From NCBI GenBank assembly GCA_016930855.1, contig JAFGFX010000053.1:1-24000 (forward strand): 24,000 nucleotides of DNA, given 5' to 3'. Of this stretch, positions 8,301-15,257 are shown in pieces. Positions within the stretch are counted from its first letter, which is position 1; each line of letters begins with the position of its first letter. The DNA comes from Sedimentisphaerales bacterium (GTDB taxonomy: Bacteria > Planctomycetota > Phycisphaerae > Sedimentisphaerales > SM23-30). A program made the position numbers and the translations under genes. The notes under the pieces were generated by a model. The model was not told the origin of the DNA. It did not search any database and worked only from the letters and a program-made list of their open reading frames with translations.

Positions 8301-9344
8301 CGGAATGATCCGATATTCCAGCACGCCCGCCCCGCGGAGCTTGCGCTTGAGATCCTCCGGATCGTCCAGCCGGCCCTTGATCTTGGCGTACGGTTCGTAC
8401 GCCTCCAAGGCCCGATCGATAAGGCCCTGTTCGGCCAGATGGGGATACCTGGTCTTGAGTTCCTGGATCCCCGTCTGCCGCTTGGAGCCCGTCGTCTCGG
8501 CGACCATTTCCAGCGACCGGGGATCGAAGTTTGCGGACTCCAATTCCTGCCAGGCCTGGGAATATTTGGCCTCCAGACCCTCCGGGCCCCGCAAGGTTTC
8601 GTTGAGCCGATCCAGGGTCCGCCGGGCCTCGATAAATGCGCGGATGGGGGCGGCGTTCCCGGGGGTGTTCTCCCCGGCCAGCAGGGCGACCTGGGCCGTG
8701 CGGTTGGGATCATCCAATTGCGCCCACTTCAAATACAGCGCATCCACGCGGCGCTGGAGCACCTGCAGATCCGTCAGCGTTTGCCGGGCCTGCTGCTCGG
8801 CCTGCAGGGCCTTTTCCAACTGGGATTCGGCGGTTTGCTGGGCATCGTAGGCCGCCGCCAGCGACTGCAATCCCTTGAATTGCTCGGGGGCCTTTTGCGT
8901 CAACGAACGAAACGTCTCTTCCCGGCCGCGGCGATAGTCCTCGTCGCTCATGCCGGCCGGATGGATCAGCGCCTGACGAACCGGCCGCAGATCGATGTTG
9001 TACTGCATCAGGGCCTCAAGCGCGTTCTGGTAGTTCGCCCGCAGCTCCCGGCTCTGCTGGGTGGCCAGCGGCATCTGAATCTCGATCCGGTCCGCTCCAT
9101 GGGGGCGCCAGATCAGGTTGGCCTTGTCGCTCGGATCGATTCGCTGGCGCAGGATACGGATCATGTCCTGGGCCGCCGTGGAGCCGCTGGAGGGGACGTA
9201 CCCGGTCGTGTCGATCTGGTACAGCAGGCTGGTCCCTCCCTCCAGGTCGATACCGCGCTTGAGTTTCTTGTCCGGCGGCCAAACATTCCAGGCGCAGAGC
9301 ACCGTGATAAACGCAATAATGGCAAACTTCACCTTGAGATTCAT
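5337..9344 (-). CDS. secDF: Fused protein-export membrane protein SecDF, unusually long (1335 aa)
   Basis: Frame of ORF 5337..9449; start placed at ATG 9344 ([19 protein letters not shown] = TM1, RBS GGAAAGG upstream). SecD blocks: [19 protein letters not shown], and a six-TM bundle containing [26 protein letters not shown]. SecF blocks: IEFTGGT and [22 protein letters not shown]. It is a single open frame with no stop between the D and F halves. Confidence 0.9.
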   Translation of the reverse strand: [1335 protein letters not shown]

Positions 9345-9584
9345 GTATACGCCTTTGCCTTTCCTAAAGTCCGTCCGATCCCATCCCGTTTCGGCGAACC
9401 GTGCGGGCGGCCGGATCATTCGAAACGAGGTTCCGCCGGAACCTGCCATTGCCGTTGCCGGTTCGGCCGAGCGGGCATCCCGATCCCGTGGCCCACCGGC
9501 CTTTCTGTTATTGTCTGTTACCCTTCCGGCCTCGGCCGCCGGCCGGTCCGCGACTCGCCGAATCCGCGGCGCCGGCGGTAGGCC

Positions 9585-10025
9585 CTAGGCCGGCGGGGAT
9601 TCCTCGGTCAATACCTTGCCTATCGCGCTGCGGACGATGCGCATCTTGGCGTTGGTGGTCTCGTCGATCTTCAGGACCACCTCGTCCTCCCGGACGTCCA
9701 CGATCGTGCCGATGATCCCGCCGATGGTGCGGACGCGATCGTTCTTCTTGAGCTGCTTGAGCATCTGCTGCTGCTCGTTCTGGCGTTTTTTCTGGGGCCG
9801 GATCATCAGGAAATAGATGATCACGAACATCAGCGCCAGGGGGATCAGCATGCTGTTGTCGAAGGCGCAGGGCTTGTTGCCTACCTTTTCCTTTTCGCCG
9901 GGGTTCACCTGCTTGGTTCCGCTGTCCGTTTCGGCGGCGGTATCCGTCGCACCCTCGCCGGGCGTTCCCTCGGTCGACTCGCCGCCGCCGGCCTGGGCCA
10001 ATAGGGCGTTCCATATCTCCTGCAT
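9585..10025 (-). CDS. yajC: Preprotein translocase subunit YajC with an N-terminal acidic/Gly-rich extension
   Basis: The YajC core LIPLALMFVIIYFLMIRPQKKRQNEQQQMLKQLKKNDRVRTIGGIIGTIVDV..DEVVLKI is unmistakable. RBS GAAAGGA lies 7 nt upstream of ATG 10025. About 55 residues precede the TM helix, longer than the short N-terminus usual for YajC. Confidence 0.85.
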   Translation of the reverse strand: MQEIWNALLAQAGGGESTEGTPGEGATDTAAETDSGTKQVNPGEKEKVGNKPCAFDNSMLIPLALMFVIIYFLMIRPQKKRQNEQQQMLKQLKKNDRVRTIGGIIGTIVDVREDEVVLKIDETTNAKMRIVRSAIGKVLTEESPPA

Positions 10026-10052
10026 GATTATCCTTTCTCTTGGGTCCCGTGA

Positions 10053-11237
10053 TCAATGATCCCGGCACGCGTCGCCGGCGTGCGGCGCCCGGCCGTAGTC
10101 GCGCCACGGCCGGGCCCAGTCGGCAAACCGATCCTGCCGGATCGCCTGGCGGGCCTGGGCCATCAGCCGCTGATAAAACGCCAGGTTGTGCAACGATACC
10201 AGGATCGGCCCGGTCATCTCGTTTACTAAAAAAAGGTGCCGCAAATACCCGCGGGAAAAATTCCGGCAGGCATAGCAATCACACTGCTCGTCCAGCGGGC
10301 CGTCCTGCCGCTTGTATTGTTCGTTCCGCAGCTTGAGGGTGCCCTCCCGGACAAAGGCACAGGCGTTGCGCCCGTTGCGGGTGGGCATCACGCAATCGAA
10401 CATGTCGATGCCGTGCTCGATCGCCCGAACCAGGTCCCGCGGCGAGCCGACGCCCATCAGGTACCGCGGCCTGGCCTCCGGCAGGCGGCAGGCGGTGAAG
10501 GCCACCGTCTGGATCATGGCCTCGGGGCTTTCCCCGACGCTGAGCCCCCCGATCGCATAGCCGGGAAAATCCATGTTTATGAGTTCGTCGCAGCAGAACT
10601 CCCGCAGGGCCCGATCCGTGCCGCCCTGCACGATGGCGAACATCCACTGGTCGCTCCGCCGGTGGGCCTGCCGGGACTGCCGGGCCCAGCGCAGGGTTCG
10701 TTCGACCGCCAGCCGCAGGCGCTGCGGCTCGCACGGCAGGGACACACACTCGTCAAAGGCCATGATGATATCGGCCCCCAACGCGTTTTGCACCTGCGTG
10801 GCCTTCGCGGCGCTCAGGCGAACCGGCTGGCCGTCGATATGGGAGGCAAATTCCACCTGGTCGTCGTCGATCCGCCGCAGGCTGCTCAGGGAAAACACCT
10901 GAAACCCGCCGCTGTCGGTCAGGAGGGGAGCGTCCCAGCCCATGAACCGGTGCAATCCTCCCAACTCGGCCACCACCTCCGCTCCCGGCCGCAAGAGCAG
11001 ATGATAGGTGTTGGCCAGCACCATGGATACCGACACGTCGGTCAACTGCCGGGGGGTCAGGCCCTTGACGCTGGCCCGGGTCCCCACCGGCATGAACACC
11101 GGCGTGTCCACCGTCCCGTGCGGCGTGGTCAGCCGCCCGCAGCGGGCGTAGCACTGGCGGCTGCGGGAAAGAACCTCGAAGGAAAACGCCGGCGGGGCCA
11201 AGCGATCCTGGGAGGTGCTCGATACATGTCCCGTCAT
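10053..11237 (-). CDS. tgt: Queuine tRNA-ribosyltransferase (tRNA-guanine transglycosylase)
   Basis: TPVFMPVGTRASVKGL, LANTYHL, LLTDSGGFQV, and the zinc motif CDCYACRNFSRGYLRHL. The start is uncertain: ATG 11237 is given here. Alternatives are TTG 11288 (ORF track) or an internal TTG preceded by AGGA closer to the conserved FSFEV N-terminus. Confidence 0.85.
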   Translation of the reverse strand: MTGHVSSTSQDRLAPPAFSFEVLSRSRQCYARCGRLTTPHGTVDTPVFMPVGTRASVKGLTPRQLTDVSVSMVLANTYHLLLRPGAEVVAELGGLHRFMGWDAPLLTDSGGFQVFSLSSLRRIDDDQVEFASHIDGQPVRLSAAKATQVQNALGADIIMAFDECVSLPCEPQRLRLAVERTLRWARQSRQAHRRSDQWMFAIVQGGTDRALREFCCDELINMDFPGYAIGGLSVGESPEAMIQTVAFTACRLPEARPRYLMGVGSPRDLVRAIEHGIDMFDCVMPTRNGRNACAFVREGTLKLRNEQYKRQDGPLDEQCDCYACRNFSRGYLRHLFLVNEMTGPILVSLHNLAFYQRLMAQARQAIRQDRFADWARPWRDYGRAPHAGDACRDH

Positions 11238-11300
11238 CGTGATGCTCACTGCATGATCCTGACCGCCGGGCTCACCGCCGGCTGGCAACTTTAGACACCC

Positions 11301-12596
11301 CTAATAGGCCCGTACCAGCATCGACTCCGGATAGTAATAACTCAGGATCGATACGCAATCCTCGCCCAGCCGGGCCAGCTGCTGGGTGCCGCACTGGCAC
11401 AATCCCACGCCGTGGCCCCAGCCATGCCCGTTCTCAAAACGCCAGACGGTCCCGCCGTCGGCCAGATCGTACCAACTGCTGCGCAGGGGCGTCTCGTCGC
11501 GGTGGACGGCCAGGCGAAAGTCCTCCGCCCGCAGGCGGGCGCGCCGGCCGTTTGTGCCGACCAGTTCCAGTTTTTCCACCCGCCCGTACGGGCTTTGGGC
11601 CACCACGCGGATATCCGCGATTTCGGCCAGGTCCTTCAGGGCGGCGTACCGCTCGATCAGCCGCTGGCTGACCACCGGTTTCGAAATGGCCAGGGGCGCC
11701 CACCGGTAGTATTCCTGCCGGGCCACCTTGCCGCAATAGGGGCACACCGTGCCCTTCAAGGCCGGCAGATCCTCGCCGAACACCGCCGCGGCATCCTGGG
11801 TATGTCCGCCGCAGGTGGAACTGTAATAGGCGGGGAAGAGCTTTTCGCTTCCCTTCCAATCGCAGGTGAGCACCACCCCGCGGGTCTGGCGGATCGCCTG
11901 ACTGGTCCGGCCGGTCTCCCGGGCGACGCCGCCGTACACCTGGCTGCTCTGATCGCTGCTCAGGTCCCAATCGCCGCGGCCGCCGCGGATATGCATCTGG
12001 TAGAGGGCATAGGTGCGGCTGGCGATACTCTGGGCCCGCAGGGCCGCCGGGTGCCAGTAGGACGGCATCTCGGAACCAATCACCCCGGCCAGATAATCCT
12101 CGATATCCACCCGGTTGACCACGGCGAACCGATCCGACGATTCCGCCAGCAGATGCAGGCGGCCCCGGTAGCGCCGCGGCGGATCAGCCGGCAATTCCAG
12201 GACAGCGCCGTCGGACGGACGGATCTCCAGCTCCCGGCCGGCCGCCAGGGCATCGAGCGCCGCCGGATCAGCGGCCGGAACGCGGCATTCCCAGCGCCCC
12301 GCGCGGCGGCTCAGCCGGCAGGCCCGGCCGGTAGGCACTCGCAGCGGTTCCCGGCCGGCGGCGGCGGGCCGAATCTCCAGCGAACCGGCCGGGCAGACGA
12401 CCTCGAGTTCGCCGGCGTGAAACAATAACACCCGGACCTCCACCCCGCTGGGCTGGGCCGCCATGGGCACCGGATCGCGCGCCGCGGACCATCCCTCCTC
12501 CGCCGCGCGATCCTTGCCGTCGCAGCCGATGAACCATCCGATAAAGAAAAGAGACCCGAGGGTCCCGTATAAAAACGCCTTTTGGTATTGGCCCAT
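11301..12596 (-). CDS. SpoIID/LytB-domain protein (peptidoglycan lytic transglycosylase / amidase-enhancer family), probable lipoprotein
   Basis: SpoIID blocks: IEDYLAGVIGSEMPSYWHPAALRAQSIASRTYAL, YGGVARE, and LFPAYYSSTCGGHTQDA. The N-terminus has a hydrophobic segment ending in the lipobox-like FIGC. Confidence 0.8.
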   Translation of the reverse strand: MGQYQKAFLYGTLGSLFFIGWFIGCDGKDRAAEEGWSAARDPVPMAAQPSGVEVRVLLFHAGELEVVCPAGSLEIRPAAAGREPLRVPTGRACRLSRRAGRWECRVPAADPAALDALAAGRELEIRPSDGAVLELPADPPRRYRGRLHLLAESSDRFAVVNRVDIEDYLAGVIGSEMPSYWHPAALRAQSIASRTYALYQMHIRGGRGDWDLSSDQSSQVYGGVARETGRTSQAIRQTRGVVLTCDWKGSEKLFPAYYSSTCGGHTQDAAAVFGEDLPALKGTVCPYCGKVARQEYYRWAPLAISKPVVSQRLIERYAALKDLAEIADIRVVAQSPYGRVEKLELVGTNGRRARLRAEDFRLAVHRDETPLRSSWYDLADGGTVWRFENGHGWGHGVGLCQCGTQQLARLGEDCVSILSYYYPESMLVRAY

Positions 12597-12831
12597 GAAT
12601 AATCCGGTTAGCTACCGATCATTGCCCGTCCATACCTTCACTCTAACAAAACCCGTCGTCCGGACATGACCACGCCCTGGTTTGGCCGGCCCGGTCGGTT
12701 TTATTAGACGCTCTTATACCCTAACCTCGATACGCCCGCGGCGCGGCTCGGGATCGTCGTTTGCGCCTGCCGTCCTCCGGCCCCGCCGAGGGGGGCGCCG
12801 GCGGCGGACCAGGCGGCCTGCCGCCCGGGCA

Positions 12832-14178
12832 TCATTCATCCAGGGTTCGCAGGGCAATCCCCCGCTCCTTCAAGCGCTGCTTGACCTCCATCAGGCTGGT
12901 CATGCCAAAGTTCTTGCAGCCCAGCAGTTCCGCCTCGGTGCACTGGGTCAGATCGCCGATGGTGTTGATATTGAGCCGCTGGAGGGCCTTGCGGGCCCGC
13001 ACGGACAATTCCAGTTCGGATACCGGCTGGGCCAGCAAATCGTTGGCCTCCTGGAGGGCCTGCTCTTCCTCCTGCGTGCTTTTGGACCGGGAATCCTTGC
13101 GTTCCTCCAGCATCTGGCCCAGCCGCAATCCCTTCTGCACCAGGATGCTCTTGATCTCCTGCAGGCTGGTCTCGCCGAAGTTCTTGTAGGCCAGCAGCTC
13201 CTGCTCGGTCACCCGCAGCAGATCGCCGACGCATTTGATGTTCATTTTTTTCAGGCAGTTGCGCGAGCGCACGGACAGCTCGAAATCGCTGATGGGGATC
13301 TGCAGGACCTGGTTGCGCTTGTCCACGCGCCGCTCCTGGTCCTCGTCGTAGTACATGGTCATGCTGGATTCGATATCCTTGAGGAACAGGCGGGCCCGCC
13401 CGTGATTGGGATAGGCCGCCAGCACCCGCTTGACGCACTCGCGGGCCAGCTCATAGTCCTCCCGATCCTCATACAACACCGCCAGGTTCAGCAGGGCGCT
13501 GACGTGCACCGGGCCGCTGGCCAGGCAGCGCTTGTAGGTCTCGATCGCGACGTCTTCGTCCCCGTACAAATCACAGCCGTAGGCCAGGGCGAACAGGGCC
13601 CGCGTGTGACTGGGATCGAGGCAAACGGCCTGCTTGTACTCGGCGAGGGCCTCCTCCCGGAGCCCCTCGGCGTCGCGCAGGCATCCCAGCTGATAATGAT
13701 ATTCCGCCCGGATCTCCCCGATCCGGGAGGCCTTCTTCAGACGGGCCTGGGCCTCTTCGATGTGCCCCTGGCGCCGCAGGCACTCGACCACCTCCATGGC
13801 GATATTGAAGCCTTCGTAGCCCTTCTCCTCGGCCAGCTCGAACTCCCGGATCGCGGCCTCGTAGTCGCCCAATTCCCGCAGGCAGCAGGCCTTCAGGTAA
13901 CACTGCATGCTGCCCGGACCGGCCCATTCGAACCACTTGATGGCCTCGGTATAGTCTCCCAAGGCGTAAAAACCCTGGGCCGCCTTGGTGGCCATCACCG
14001 GATTGCGGGAATAGCCGGATGCCCGCTTCTTGGCCTCCGGATCGAAGGTCTCGGCAAACTCCAGGCGCTCCCGCTGACCGCTGCGGACCGTGCGCAGCAA
14101 CGTCTCGAACTGTTCGTCCGTCAGGGGCTCGCCCGTGTCGAAAATCATGGCGGTTATTTCCTGTACCTGAGTACTCAT
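12832..14178 (-). CDS. TPR-repeat protein with two C-terminal RNA polymerase alpha-subunit CTD-like helix-hairpin-helix modules (not rpoA)
   Basis: Residues ~65-265 carry repeated TPR-like helices (GDYTEAIKWFE, GDYEAAIREFE, REEALAEYKQAV, YELARECVKRVL). Module 1 is nt 13117-13308 (ISDFELSVRSRNCLKKMNIKCVGDLLRVTEQELLAYKNFGETSLQEIK). Module 2 is nt 12847-13032 (VSELELSVRARKALQRLNINTIGDLTQCTEAELLGCKNFGMTSLMEVK). Both match the alpha-CTD signature, and no alpha N-terminal assembly domain is present. RBS GGAGG lies upstream of ATG 14178. Confidence 0.8.
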   Translation of the reverse strand: MSTQVQEITAMIFDTGEPLTDEQFETLLRTVRSGQRERLEFAETFDPEAKKRASGYSRNPVMATKAAQGFYALGDYTEAIKWFEWAGPGSMQCYLKACCLRELGDYEAAIREFELAEEKGYEGFNIAMEVVECLRRQGHIEEAQARLKKASRIGEIRAEYHYQLGCLRDAEGLREEALAEYKQAVCLDPSHTRALFALAYGCDLYGDEDVAIETYKRCLASGPVHVSALLNLAVLYEDREDYELARECVKRVLAAYPNHGRARLFLKDIESSMTMYYDEDQERRVDKRNQVLQIPISDFELSVRSRNCLKKMNIKCVGDLLRVTEQELLAYKNFGETSLQEIKSILVQKGLRLGQMLEERKDSRSKSTQEEEQALQEANDLLAQPVSELELSVRARKALQRLNINTIGDLTQCTEAELLGCKNFGMTSLMEVKQRLKERGIALRTLDE

Positions 14179-14243
14179 AGCCTTTAGCCTCCCCAGGATG
14201 CTTGAACCTTATCTTCCTGAAGCCTCAATTTTATAAACCTAGT

Positions 14244-14271
14244 ATTATAGAGCGGGCCGGCAAACTTGCAA
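14244..14271 (-). promoter_or_regulatory. Candidate sigma70-type promoter of the TPR/alpha-CTD gene
   Basis: On the minus strand: -35 TTGCAA (14271-14266), 16-nt spacer, perfect -10 TATAAT (14249-14244), about 65 nt upstream of the start codon. It lies in a locally AT-rich patch of an otherwise GC-rich genome. Confidence 0.45.
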
Positions 14272-14513
14272 GGCCAAATCGACCCGGCCAGCCGCCCTTT
14301 GGCGATTCGGCAACCAGGAAAGACAGGTCAGCGGATTATCGGACCATCCCTGAAATTATCCCCCGCGGAAAAATTTCTTAACTGACTTATAATAAAATGT
14401 TTACGTCAATTCGCCCCCTCGGCCGGCCCGGCCGGTCCGATGTGCCTGCCGGCCGCGGATAGGGCCGTTACCCGCCGGGTGTCGCCCGGTAGTGCCTCCG
14501 ATTGGCAGCGGTT

Positions 14514-15086
14514 TCAGCCCGCCAGCGTCTCCAATTCACGTACGGTCCGGTCCAATTGATCGACCAGATCACGCGGATGGTCCGGATGGCGGCGAAAGGC
14601 CTCCACCAGGGCGCGGTAATACCACAGAACCTCCGCCTTGGAGGCGGTAAAGATCCCCCAGACGGCCGGGCCCTGCCGGCGGAGATCGGCCAGGATCGAG
14701 CGGACGTTATACAGCTTGTCCGCCGCCGAGACCAGCAAGGTCCCGGCGTCCGCGGCCCGGAGATGGGCCAGGTAATCCTCCTTGCGCTGCCGCCAAGGCG
14801 GCTTGGGCTGCTCGCAGGAATCGGTGCAGCCCTCCACGATTCCGGCGACGCGGTCCCCGAACCGTTCCCGGATGATCCGGCCGGTTTCGCGTCCGCCCTG
14901 GTCCTCGATCGCGTCATGCAGCAGGGCGGCGATGGCCTCGTCCTGGCCGCCGCCGTATTCCAGAACGATCGCGGCGGTGCCCAGCAGATGGGCCAGGTAC
15001 GGCGTCGGTTTGCCCTTGCGGGTCTGCCGGCGATGCAGGTCGCTGGCAAACTGGAGGGCCTGGTCAAATCGCTCCGACAACATCAT
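14514..15086 (-). CDS. Stand-alone HD-domain protein of the RelA/SpoT (p)ppGpp-hydrolase type (small alarmone hydrolase-like)
   Basis: The motif series matches the SpoT/Mesh1 hydrolase domain: HRRQTRKG..PTPYLAHLL, AIAALLHDAIED, and AADKLYNVRS (compare ADRLHNMRT). No synthetase, TGS or ACT domains are present. Start ambiguous: tandem ATGs 15086/15083 (MMLSERF) preferred over ATG 15125. Confidence 0.7.
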   Translation of the reverse strand: MMLSERFDQALQFASDLHRRQTRKGKPTPYLAHLLGTAAIVLEYGGGQDEAIAALLHDAIEDQGGRETGRIIRERFGDRVAGIVEGCTDSCEQPKPPWRQRKEDYLAHLRAADAGTLLVSAADKLYNVRSILADLRRQGPAVWGIFTASKAEVLWYYRALVEAFRRHPDHPRDLVDQLDRTVRELETLAG

Positions 15087-15192
15087 GAGGCACCGCTTTT
15101 CCCCAAGGAGCAGGAGATATCTCATGGGCCAGGTCCATCCGATCGCCTCCGCGAATCGGCCCTGGGGGTCTGGGACCTCCCCCGCGCGTAAA

Positions 15193-15220
15193 CAGGCACG
15201 CCCGTTGCCGGGCGTGCCTG
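15193..15220 (-). terminator. Candidate intrinsic terminator after the HEAT-repeat gene
   Basis: Perfect 12-bp stem CAGGCACGCCCG / CGGGCGTGCCTG with a 4-nt loop TTGC, 38 nt after the stop at 15258. It is followed on the minus strand by a short TTTA. Confidence 0.55.
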
Positions 15221-15257
15221 AATCGTGATCCCATCCTGTCGCAAATCCCGCATTCTT

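Noticed and set aside
9345-9449. 35-codon N-terminal extension of the secDF ORF
   Set aside because: SecD normally begins a few residues before TM1. ATG 9344 directly precedes the TM helix and has a GGAAAGG Shine-Dalgarno-like sequence, while the extension has no such support.
5820-9581. 1253-aa ORF on the plus strand, the longest alternative ORF in the window
   Set aside because: It lies entirely antisense to secDF, whose product has unmistakable conserved motifs. Its translation is Arg/Gly/Pro/Ala/Asp-dominated low-complexity sequence with no recognisable motif. This is typical of stop-poor shadow frames in high-GC DNA.
12682-14187. 501-aa plus-strand ORF. The same reasoning applies to 15225-16346, 19666-20925, 21016-22344, 10236-11294, 11412-12428, 3110-4156 and 4286-5053.
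   Set aside because: Each lies antisense to a CDS with clear domain motifs (TPR/alpha-CTD, HEAT, Gfo/Idh/MocA x2, Tgt, SpoIID, photolyase, LysM). Each has the same Arg/Gly/Pro/Leu-biased shadow composition.
14340-14410. Second AT-rich patch with TTGACG on the minus strand (around 14402-14407) as another promoter
   Set aside because: No -10-like hexamer lies at 16-18 nt spacing; TATAAG is only 12 nt away. The downstream TTGCAA-N16-TATAAT pair is a much better candidate.
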